The notes beneath the pieces were generated by a model. The model did not search any database. It worked only from the letters and a program-made list of their open reading frames with translations, and was not told the origin of the DNA. Of a stretch of 64,000 nt of DNA, positions 1-7,060 are shown piece by piece. The translations under genes were made by a program, and so were the position numbers. The stretch's first letter is position 1. Each line of letters starts with the position of its first letter. Source of the stretch: a virus. The DNA lies in the IMG/VR virus record IMGVR_UViG_3300022554_000003; one strand, given 5' to 3'.

Positions 1-305
1 CTACTCCTACTATTACTCAAACAGTGACTCCAACTATTACTAGAACAGCTACTCCAACTATTACTAGAACAGCTACTCCTACTATTACTCAAACAGTGAC
101 TCCAACTATTACTAGAACAGCTACTCCGACTATAACTAGAACTATTACTTCTACTATAACTCAAACTATAACTCAAACTATTACTTCTACTATAACTCCT
201 ACGGCAACACCCACAGTGACGCTAACAATAACTTCAATACCAACTCCAGATGCAATACTACAACCAACAAATTTTAATTTATTGTTTCAATGGCTTTGGA
301 GATAG
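1..305 (+). CDS. Thr-rich tandem-repeat protein, C-terminal part (5' end lies outside the window)
   Basis: The frame is open from base 3 (TPTITQTV...), so the GTG at 24 in the ORF track is not a real start. Octapeptide TPTIT(R/Q)T(A/V) is repeated about 10 times. Stop TAG 303-305. Confidence 0.6.
   Translation, partial: TPTITQTVTPTITRTATPTITRTATPTITQTVTPTITRTATPTITRTITSTITQTITQTITSTITPTATPTVTLTITSIPTPDAILQPTNFNLLFQWLWR
3..242 (+). repeat. 24-bp in-frame tandem repeat (about 10 units) with a 72-bp higher-order unit
   Basis: Units ACTCCTACTATTACTCAAACAGTG / ACTCCAACTATTACTAGAACAGCT alternate. 3-74 is nearly repeated at 75-146, and later units degenerate. Confidence 0.9.
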
Positions 306-329
306 TTATTATTACATATTTAATATAAG
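303..329 (+). promoter_or_regulatory. Recurrent motif TAGTTATTATTACATATTTAATATAAG (candidate phage-specific promoter)
   Basis: One of five related copies (303, 6131, 20540, 56761, 57756), each 10-25 nt upstream of an SD and start codon. Confidence 0.35.
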
Positions 330-346
330 AAAAGGAGGCAGGACAA

Positions 347-1027
347 ATGAAAAAGTTTATATTAATGATTACAATGTTAACGACATCTATGGCAGTATAT
401 GCTGCTGATTTTGATTTGAGGCTTATATCGATAGATAATACAAAATATACCATAGCAATTCCAAGACGTGTTGGTGGTACTTCAAATTTTGCTGTTATTA
501 CGAACGATGGCAACACTGTAAACACTTCTTCAATGAACTCATTGATTGATGCAAAAACAGTGACAATCACCGTTAACTTTCCAAATAACCCATACTCAAA
601 AGTATTTTATGTTTGGGCAAAAGAAATTAATGCATTTCCTGCTTACGTAAGTGCTACACTTACTTTAACTGCAAAACCAGCTGCCCAGGAAGTTATGGTT
701 GATAGAGATGGATGGATATATGGCAACAAATACTATTTTAAATCTTGGCTTGCTAATACAGCAGTTGGGAATGATGTAGTAAATACAACATTTGTGAACT
801 TCATTTATTTAACTGAAATTGTGGTCGGTGGGTACGCAGCTGGAGATGTTCTTGTGAAAATAGATGGGGTAGCAATTCGTAGATACGCATATAGGTCTGA
901 TACGACAAGTGGGCAGATATTTTCAACAAAAATTCCAATTCCAATTGGTTCAATATTTGAAGTTGAGCTTGAAGGTGGGAGCGCTGGAAACCACTTTGTA
1001 TCAATATCTGCTGAAGTTGTAAAATAA
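347..1027 (+). CDS. Hypothetical secreted protein with N-terminal signal peptide
   Basis: SD AAAGGAGG upstream. N-terminus MKKFILMITMLTTSMAVYA|AD has the n-h-c signal-peptide pattern. No other motif recognised. Confidence 0.7.
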   Translation: MKKFILMITMLTTSMAVYAADFDLRLISIDNTKYTIAIPRRVGGTSNFAVITNDGNTVNTSSMNSLIDAKTVTITVNFPNNPYSKVFYVWAKEINAFPAYVSATLTLTAKPAAQEVMVDRDGWIYGNKYYFKSWLANTAVGNDVVNTTFVNFIYLTEIVVGGYAAGDVLVKIDGVAIRRYAYRSDTTSGQIFSTKIPIPIGSIFEVELEGGSAGNHFVSISAEVVK

Positions 1028-1037
1028 GGAGGATATT

Positions 1038-1427
1038 ATGGCAAATCAAATAATCAATACATCGATGGTTGAGATTTTTGACGAGAATAATGTCAGAATA
1101 GGATATTTGAAGAAAGAGCCAGTTCTTAATTATAACAACTCCAGACAAGATGTAATTCATATTAATGCTGCAACAGGAGTTTCGCCTGGTCCTTACACTC
1201 CAGTTTCAAAAACTCTTGACTTAATAAGTGACACAATTGAATATATTTCTCTTTATAGCTATGCACCAGTTAAAGTAAACATTAATGGAAGTGTTAATGC
1301 TATACCGGTGAATGGACAATTTACAATATGTGGTAGTACAATAAACGAAGTTGTTGTCACCAATGAGCTTCCAGCTGAAGTTAAACTTGATGTTATTCAA
1401 GGTGATGAAGTCATTTCAGGCAGTTAA
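1038..1427 (+). CDS. Hypothetical protein (virion module)
   Basis: SD AAGGAGG 6 nt upstream. Tightly packed with neighbours. Confidence 0.65.
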   Translation: MANQIINTSMVEIFDENNVRIGYLKKEPVLNYNNSRQDVIHINAATGVSPGPYTPVSKTLDLISDTIEYISLYSYAPVKVNINGSVNAIPVNGQFTICGSTINEVVVTNELPAEVKLDVIQGDEVISGS

Positions 1428-1438
1428 GGAGCTTTTAA

Positions 1439-1960
1439 ATGCCTATACCAGCAGAACAACCAGTTCCAGAAACAGGTCTAACAGCAACTGAAATAAGAAT
1501 TCTTCAGGCTGTAAGAAATGTTCTGCCAAAGCCTTTTTTGAATAAAGAGGCTTTTGGTGACATTGATGATATAGCAATGAATAGACGAATTCTTTCATAT
1601 GTTGACCTTGTAATTAATGATATGAATTGGACACAACCAGTAACTGGGTGGACAGTAAAAAATTTTCCAGCTGGAATGGACCAAACATTAGTTTTGGGAG
1701 TTAATGCATTTACTGCTTTATTTATGCAAATGAAATGGACACTTAACGATGTATCATACACTGATAATGGGTTTTCAATCGCATTTGATAGAGTGGAGAA
1801 GTTAAATAGAAGTTACGAGAACATGTTGAAGCTTTATAAAGAACAAGTTATTAACATTAAAAATTACTTATGGTCAAGGAACATGATAGTTCTTGGAAGT
1901 CCACGTTATCAAAATCAATTAGGGCAATTTGTAAGAGCAACTTTTGGAATGAGTTTTTAA
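1439..1960 (+). CDS. Hypothetical protein (virion module)
   Basis: SD AAGGAG upstream. 173 aa, no recognised motif. Confidence 0.65.
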   Translation: MPIPAEQPVPETGLTATEIRILQAVRNVLPKPFLNKEAFGDIDDIAMNRRILSYVDLVINDMNWTQPVTGWTVKNFPAGMDQTLVLGVNAFTALFMQMKWTLNDVSYTDNGFSIAFDRVEKLNRSYENMLKLYKEQVINIKNYLWSRNMIVLGSPRYQNQLGQFVRATFGMSF

Positions 1961-1977
1961 TTTTATAGGAGTATTTT

Positions 1978-2238
1978 ATGGATGAAAACAAAGTCAAAGC
2001 TATTGTATCTTATCTCGAAGGTGCTGAAAAAGAGTTAGCTCAACAATTTTCAAAGCATCGAGTTATAACAGCAAAAACATGTTTGGCAGCTGGGTTTGTG
2101 GAGAACGTTCTTAATGCCCCAATGCTTAGAGGTTTAATCAATCTTTTGGCTCCATTTGTAAAAAATCATAAAGTAAAAACTGCTATCAAAATGCTTCAAG
2201 AAGGGCTCGAAGAAGAAAAGAAGAAAAATATAAAATAA
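1978..2238 (+). CDS. Hypothetical protein
   Basis: SD TAGGAG upstream. 86 aa, helical and K/E-rich C-terminus. Confidence 0.6.
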   Translation: MDENKVKAIVSYLEGAEKELAQQFSKHRVITAKTCLAAGFVENVLNAPMLRGLINLLAPFVKNHKVKTAIKMLQEGLEEEKKKNIK

Positions 2239-2265
2239 TGTATTTAGTGATGTAGGAGGGAAGAT

Positions 2266-2508
2266 ATGAGTTTTGTAGAAATAATTTTAAAAAATCTTTC
2301 ATCAAAAAAGTTCTTTGCATGTTTGTTCAGTATTCTTGTCCTTGGAATAATGGGCATATGGTGTCTTTATAAACTTCCAGATAATTTAGCAACACAAGCA
2401 TTTGGTGGTGTAGTTTTTGCTATCACAGCAGTGTTCACTGCTTTTTGTACAGGTAATGTCATAGGAGACCATTATGGCAAAAGCAGTGCAGATAATGGGA
2501 GTAAATAA
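2266..2508 (+). CDS. Small membrane protein (2 predicted TM helices)
   Basis: SD GGAGGG upstream. Hydrophobic stretches FFACLFSILVLGIMGIWCLY and GGVVFAITAVFTAFCTGNVIG. Confidence 0.6.
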   Translation: MSFVEIILKNLSSKKFFACLFSILVLGIMGIWCLYKLPDNLATQAFGGVVFAITAVFTAFCTGNVIGDHYGKSSADNGSK

Positions 2509-3479
2509 TGGCAATAAAGAAAATTGATAGGACATCAATACAAGATGATGACAAACAAGAATATTTCGACCCAATGTGGGGTGGAGTTTATATTGGTGCT
2601 TTTGATATTGTGACTATCGAATGGGATGCAGAACCAAATGCTGATAGCTATAATGTTTATTTTAGTATGTTCCCATTATATAGGTATAAAGTTAATCGTG
2701 ACCGAATAACAACAAATCAACTGAAATTCAAATTGCCAATATATCCACAAAACATGCACTTTTATTTTTGGGTATCGAAGGTCGTTGGTGGGGTTGAGAC
2801 TTTTATAAACGAAAGCGGTGAAACATTCTATGATGTAAGCAAAAGAAATTTTATGGAAGAGACTGAAAGTCCTATTACTCCAAGTTTTGTATTTCCAGAG
2901 ACTGATAACATAAATAGCTCAATGAAGTATGTTATTACTGAACTTATTCCAGCTGAGGTAAAATTTGTTCTCGAAAATGATGGTACAACTTGCGATGTAT
3001 ATATGAGAAGATGGGGCAGTGATAGTCCATTTGGCATACCATGCGCTTGTACAGATAAAAGTGATGCTAATGCTGACTTTCGTGGAAGTGATAGATGTAA
3101 TCTTTGTTTTGGGACTGGCATTGTTGGAGGATATTATCCTCCTATAAAAATGACCATAAGATTTAATATGATGCCAGCAAAAGATTTTAAAGGTACTTTG
3201 GCTGGATTGAAGGTATCCCAGACATACGATGGATGGACGGTCCCAGATCCAATTTTAAGGGTTGGGGATATGATAGTAAGAAGACTTGATGGCGAACGAT
3301 ATGAGGTAAAAGAAGTGAAAGTTAGTGCTCCAAGAGATGTTGCGACAAGACAGGACATTAAGTTTGATTTGATACATTTGATGGATATAAGAAGAATTGT
3401 TTCTGTTGACACAATAAACGCGGCTTTGGCCAAGACAGCAGATTCAAGATATAACCCTCAAGGAAGGAGCAACTTCTAA
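2508..3479 (+). CDS. Hypothetical virion-associated protein with FN3-like N-terminal segment and Cys cluster
   Basis: TAATG overlap with the upstream gene. IEWDAEPNADSYNVYFS is FN3-like. CACTD...CNLCFGTG is a 4-Cys cluster. Confidence 0.65.
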   Translation: MAIKKIDRTSIQDDDKQEYFDPMWGGVYIGAFDIVTIEWDAEPNADSYNVYFSMFPLYRYKVNRDRITTNQLKFKLPIYPQNMHFYFWVSKVVGGVETFINESGETFYDVSKRNFMEETESPITPSFVFPETDNINSSMKYVITELIPAEVKFVLENDGTTCDVYMRRWGSDSPFGIPCACTDKSDANADFRGSDRCNLCFGTGIVGGYYPPIKMTIRFNMMPAKDFKGTLAGLKVSQTYDGWTVPDPILRVGDMIVRRLDGERYEVKEVKVSAPRDVATRQDIKFDLIHLMDIRRIVSVDTINAALAKTADSRYNPQGRSNF

Positions 3480-4141
3480 TGCCAAGTGGAGTATATGTAA
3501 GAAGTTTAAAAACTATAGAAAAATTATCAAAAATTTCTGAAATTACTAAGAACTCCAAAGGAAAGCATTGGAAATGGTCGGAAGATGCTAAATTAAAATT
3601 TTATCCATTTAGAAAAAAAATGATAGGAAAAGAAAATCCATTTTATGGTAAAAGGCATAGTGAAGATACTAAAAATAAAATGAGATTAGCTAAAGAAAAA
3701 AAACCTACAAAATATTGGTTTGGAAAACATAGGTCGTTAGATACAAAAAGAAAACTTTCAAATGCAATGAAAGAAAAACTTAAAAATCCAGATTTTGCAA
3801 AAAAAATAGCTCAAAACTTTTTAAATGGTAAACCAAAATTATTTGATACAAAGCCAGAAATTATAATGTACGAAGCCTTACTCAAAGAATGTTATTTGGT
3901 AATCAAACAGCATTATGTAAAGGACGTAGGGTTCTGTGACTTCTGTTTGCCAGAGCACAACATAATAATTGAAGTGGATGGAAACTATTGGCATAATTTA
4001 CCAAAACAAAAAAAGAAAGATGAATATAGAAACAACAAATTAAAAGAGCTTGGGTATAAAGTTATAAGATTTTGGGAAGATGAAATATATAATGATATGG
4101 ATAAATGTATTAAAACAATTAAGGAGAACAAACATGGCTAA
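3479..4141 (+). CDS. Free-standing homing endonuclease (NUMOD3 repeats + Vsr/DUF559-like PD-(D/E)xK nuclease domain)
   Basis: Three basic repeats (GKHWKWSEDAKLK, GKRHSEDTKNKMRLAK, GKHRSLDTKRKLSNAMK). C-terminal IIIEVDGNYWH...LGYKVIRFWEDEI is clearly paralogous to the endonuclease inside the DnaE intein at 47.1-47.8 kb. Confidence 0.75.
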   Translation: MPSGVYVRSLKTIEKLSKISEITKNSKGKHWKWSEDAKLKFYPFRKKMIGKENPFYGKRHSEDTKNKMRLAKEKKPTKYWFGKHRSLDTKRKLSNAMKEKLKNPDFAKKIAQNFLNGKPKLFDTKPEIIMYEALLKECYLVIKQHYVKDVGFCDFCLPEHNIIIEVDGNYWHNLPKQKKKDEYRNNKLKELGYKVIRFWEDEIYNDMDKCIKTIKENKHG

Positions 4142-4685
4142 CTTCGAGCTGGCAATTCCTAAAGTTCTTAATGTAGAAGGTGGATATGTAAATAATCCTA
4201 CTGACAAAGGTGGGGAAACGAATTTTGGAATCACAATTAAAAAAGCAAGAGAACATGGCTACAAAGGAGAAATGAAAGATTTAACTTTGGATTTTGTAAA
4301 GCAGATTTATAAAGAAGATTATTGGGATGTTTTGAAGCTCGATCAGATGAATAGTCAAATGCTTGCAGAGATTTTATTTGATTTTGGAGTGAATTGTGGT
4401 ACTGGGACTGCATGCAGGGCTGTTCAAAGAACGTTGAATCTTTTGAATAGAAATGCTATTAGCTGGCTTGATATGATAGTAGATGGGGTAATGGGCTCAA
4501 AAACAATGTCAATAATTAATAGTCTTTCCCCTGCTGACACACTATATACGGCGAAAGTTGTAATAGGACTACAATTTGAACGGTATGTAAAAATAGTAGA
4601 GGCTGACTCAACACAAGAAACTTTTTTTAGAGGATGGGTAAATCGTGTTGGAAAGCAACTACAAAAATTAAATGGAGTGGCGTGA
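4134..4685 (+). CDS. Endolysin, GH108-like lysozyme N-domain + PG_binding_3-like C-domain
   Basis: Start moved to ATG 4134 (SD AAGGAG 7 nt upstream). Motif VLNVEGGYVNNPTDKGGETNFGIT and C-terminal FFRGWVNRV. Confidence 0.8.
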   Translation: MANFELAIPKVLNVEGGYVNNPTDKGGETNFGITIKKAREHGYKGEMKDLTLDFVKQIYKEDYWDVLKLDQMNSQMLAEILFDFGVNCGTGTACRAVQRTLNLLNRNAISWLDMIVDGVMGSKTMSIINSLSPADTLYTAKVVIGLQFERYVKIVEADSTQETFFRGWVNRVGKQLQKLNGVA

Positions 4686-4822
4686 TGTTATATTTCATCT
4701 GTGGATTAATTGTTGGAGTTATTATTGGAGTTGTTATAGCACAAAAAAAGTCAGAAAAGCCAATGAGTTCAGTTACGGCAATGATAGCAAGTGACACGGT
4801 TAAAAGGGCGTTTTATAAATGA
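4685..4822 (+). CDS. Small single-TM protein next to the endolysin (holin/lysis accessory candidate)
   Basis: ATG 4685 overlaps the lysin stop (GTGATG). MLYFICGLIVGVIIGVVIAQKK is one TM helix followed by a charged tail. Confidence 0.45.
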   Translation: MLYFICGLIVGVIIGVVIAQKKSEKPMSSVTAMIASDTVKRAFYK

Positions 4823-5001
4823 AAGTAATAATTAAAAAAAATATAGTCAGCAGAATAACCGGGGATGTATTGCCAAAAGAAGCAGAATGTAAAGTTCAAG
4901 AAAAACATCAAAAAAAGTTCTTAGTATTTTACGACAATAAGAGTTGGTTTGTTGATAAAAAAGATGTTAAGTCGAAAGGAGATGGTGGCAATGTCAAGTG
5001 A
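4819..5001 (+). CDS. Hypothetical small protein
   Basis: ATGA overlap with the upstream ORF. 60 aa. Confidence 0.45.
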   Translation: MKVIIKKNIVSRITGDVLPKEAECKVQEKHQKKFLVFYDNKSWFVDKKDVKSKGDGGNVK

Positions 5002-5443
5002 TATAAAACTTTATAAAGAAAAAGAAAAAATTAAGATTCAGAGAGAGAAGATAAAGAATGCTAAAATGATTGGTGAAGTTATTAAAGTTTATTTAGATAA
5101 CTTTAAATATCTTATTACAATTATTGTCACTGTGCTCGTCACATTAGCAAATCTTGGGTGGATAACTTATGGAACTATGCACAAACCAAAGCTTGCAATG
5201 TTGGAATCTTCATCTAATATTGTTGGTAATGAGCTTGATGAAACAGTTGGGGCAGTTGTGGCATCTACATCAAATGTTGGAATGACAATACAAGATTTTC
5301 TTATTAACAGTGGTAAAGTTGGAGCTATATTGTTTAACATAGGATTAATAGTCCTTGCATTATATTTTAGAAAGAAAGACAAAGAAAAAAAAGCGAAGAA
5401 GGAAGCCGATGCTAAAAACCCAAATTCGAAAATTATTGCTTGA
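4991..5443 (+). CDS. Membrane protein with 2 TM helices and lysine-rich tail (holin candidate)
   Basis: Start moved to ATG 4991 (SD AAGGAG 9 nt upstream). TM segments ITIIVTVLVTLANLGWITYG and VGAILFNIGLIVLALYF. Confidence 0.5.
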   Translation: MSSDIKLYKEKEKIKIQREKIKNAKMIGEVIKVYLDNFKYLITIIVTVLVTLANLGWITYGTMHKPKLAMLESSSNIVGNELDETVGAVVASTSNVGMTIQDFLINSGKVGAILFNIGLIVLALYFRKKDKEKKAKKEADAKNPNSKIIA

Positions 5444-5651
5444 TGGAAAAACAGACGAAGAGATTGTGAGTGAGCTTTCTCCAGGCATAAATTTATCTCC
5501 ACAAAGAGATAAAGTTTTCTGGCAAAATCCTCCAAGAATAATGAAACCAACTTTATATTATAATAAATATCCTGGCTTTAAAAGATGGAAGGAGAAGGGT
5601 AGACATGGAGTCACAAGAGATAGAAACCAAGGGCACTATTACTCCACATAA
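5409..5651 (+). CDS. Hypothetical protein (uncertain)
   Basis: ATG 5409 with a GAAGGAAG box upstream. Overlaps both neighbours. LLLDGKTDEEIVSEL is weakly HTH-like. Confidence 0.3.
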   Translation: MLKTQIRKLLLDGKTDEEIVSELSPGINLSPQRDKVFWQNPPRIMKPTLYYNKYPGFKRWKEKGRHGVTRDRNQGHYYST

Positions 5652-5868
5652 AAAATGGCTTTACATTGCTAAAGTACTTACTGGATGTCAAAGTTGTGTA
5701 TATATAAGAAAAGAAATGAAAGAGTTATGCTGTCATCATCCAAAGTTTATGTTAGCACCACCTTTTAAGAAAGTTATAACAAAAGATAATGTTATGGCAG
5801 TTGAGATTCCAATATGGTGTCCATTACCGAATAAAAAGGAGGATTTATATGCCAGCTCCAACAGCTAA
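5605..5868 (+). CDS. Cys-rich small protein
   Basis: SD AAGGAG upstream. CQSC...CCHH...WCP suggests metal binding. Confidence 0.5.
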   Translation: MESQEIETKGTITPHKKWLYIAKVLTGCQSCVYIRKEMKELCCHHPKFMLAPPFKKVITKDNVMAVEIPIWCPLPNKKEDLYASSNS

Positions 5869-6133
5869 TGTAATTGCAGCAAATATAGAAGCAGCTTTTA
5901 TTGCTAATGGTTTGGTGAAATATGTATTTAATAACAGTGGGGTTCCAGTTCCAACAACAGAACTTACACCAGAGCAACAAAAGATGATAAAAGCTATAGC
6001 GGAAGGCATAAGTCTTACTTGGTCGCAGTGGCAACAAACACAAGTTGTTCAGGCTTTAAGTACTACTCCTGGGAGTCCTATAGCCCCAATCGTAGTTCCA
6101 ACGCCACCTGGATACTTGCCATATTTACCATAG
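5849..6133 (+). CDS. Hypothetical protein
   Basis: Start moved to ATG 5849 (SD AAAGGAGG 7 nt upstream). Confidence 0.6.
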   Translation: MPAPTANVIAANIEAAFIANGLVKYVFNNSGVPVPTTELTPEQQKMIKAIAEGISLTWSQWQQTQVVQALSTTPGSPIAPIVVPTPPGYLPYLP

Positions 6134-6157
6134 TTATTTTTTCATATTTAATAAATA
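6131..6157 (+). promoter_or_regulatory. Recurrent motif TAGTTATTTTTTCATATTTAATAAATA (candidate phage-specific promoter)
   Basis: Related to the copies at 303, 20540, 56761 and 57756. Its TAG is the stop codon of the upstream gene. Confidence 0.35.
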
Positions 6158-6176
6158 AAAGAGAACAATAGGAGCT

Positions 6177-6821
6177 ATGATGGTACAAGGACCAGTAGAA
6201 ACAATTAAGCCAGTTGTACAGGCAGGTCGTACTCCTTTAGAATTAAGGAGCCTTACATATTTGTATTTTTTCGGCATTAAAAAGGCTTTTGTTGATGCTT
6301 TAAGAGTTGGGTTTGGTCATGAAAGTACACCATTAAGATATAGATATTCTGATAACAGTGAAAAAACTCAAATTCATATTTATAGAAACTTTCCAAAACG
6401 AGTGGATAAACTTCCAGCATTGATAGTTGAATCTGAAGGTGGAGATGCTGGCATTTCGTTTCTTGGAGATGAGTTTCTTTCTGAAGTAGAAGAAAATGGA
6501 AAAGTTTATTATCGTTATGGTGGTATTCTTACACTTAACATAAATATACATATTATGGCAAAAAGTGTTGTTGATTTAGAACAGTTGATGTCTTATGTGT
6601 CTCTTTACATGCGTTATGTATTTCAGGAGAAATTCTTCGAAAACAATCTTACATTTAATAAAATAAACATTAAACCTGAAACTGTAGTTGATGTAGATGG
6701 CAGTGATGTTTATCAAGCAACAATTAGTACAAAGGTCACAACCAATTTTGAGAACAACATTGATAGAGACCTTGTATATCATGTGCAGCAAATGCAATTG
6801 AATATTGAGGCTGGTATATGA
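6177..6821 (+). CDS. Hypothetical protein; possible tail completion/terminator-type protein (positional guess)
   Basis: SD TAGGAG upstream. Lies just upstream of the sheath gene. No diagnostic motif. Confidence 0.6.
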   Translation: MMVQGPVETIKPVVQAGRTPLELRSLTYLYFFGIKKAFVDALRVGFGHESTPLRYRYSDNSEKTQIHIYRNFPKRVDKLPALIVESEGGDAGISFLGDEFLSEVEENGKVYYRYGGILTLNINIHIMAKSVVDLEQLMSYVSLYMRYVFQEKFFENNLTFNKINIKPETVVDVDGSDVYQATISTKVTTNFENNIDRDLVYHVQQMQLNIEAGI

Positions 6822-7048
6822 TAAAGTTTAAAGTTAAGGTAAGAATAAATGGTACAGTAAAGTATCACGGTAGAGAGCTTAGACATAATGAAATTGTAAA
6901 TGAATATGATACAGAACTTCTTCAACTTGTTGAGCAAAAATTAATAAAAGTTGAAAGAATAGAAATTGATGAAATAAAACAAGCAATGAAAGATGAAAAG
7001 AAAAAGAAAAATAAAGATTTTGGCATTAAACTGCCAGAATTAGATTAA
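6818..7048 (+). CDS. Hypothetical small protein
   Basis: ATGA overlap with the upstream gene. K-rich C-terminus. Confidence 0.55.
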   Translation: MIKFKVKVRINGTVKYHGRELRHNEIVNEYDTELLQLVEQKLIKVERIEIDEIKQAMKDEKKKKNKDFGIKLPELD

Positions 7049-7060
7049 AGGAGGTTTAAA

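Noticed and set aside
3-242. Considered whether the 24-bp tandem array could be a CRISPR array
   Set aside because: The repeats are contiguous with no spacers, are in frame and translate into a regular peptide repeat. No cas genes are present.
4080-4133. Upstream starts given in the track for the lysin, and likewise for the ORFs at 4634, 4949, 5789, 20524, 29285, 31354, 42441, 56147 and 58231
   Set aside because: In each case an internal ATG (or GTG) with a proper SD, and minimal overlap with the upstream gene, is more plausible. The upstream extensions lie inside the preceding gene.
347-6821. Searched the left-hand genes for major capsid, portal, protease and terminase signatures
   Set aside because: No Walker A/terminase nuclease motifs, portal-sized ORF or HK97-like capsid features are recognisable by eye. 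These genes are left as hypothetical rather than guessed.
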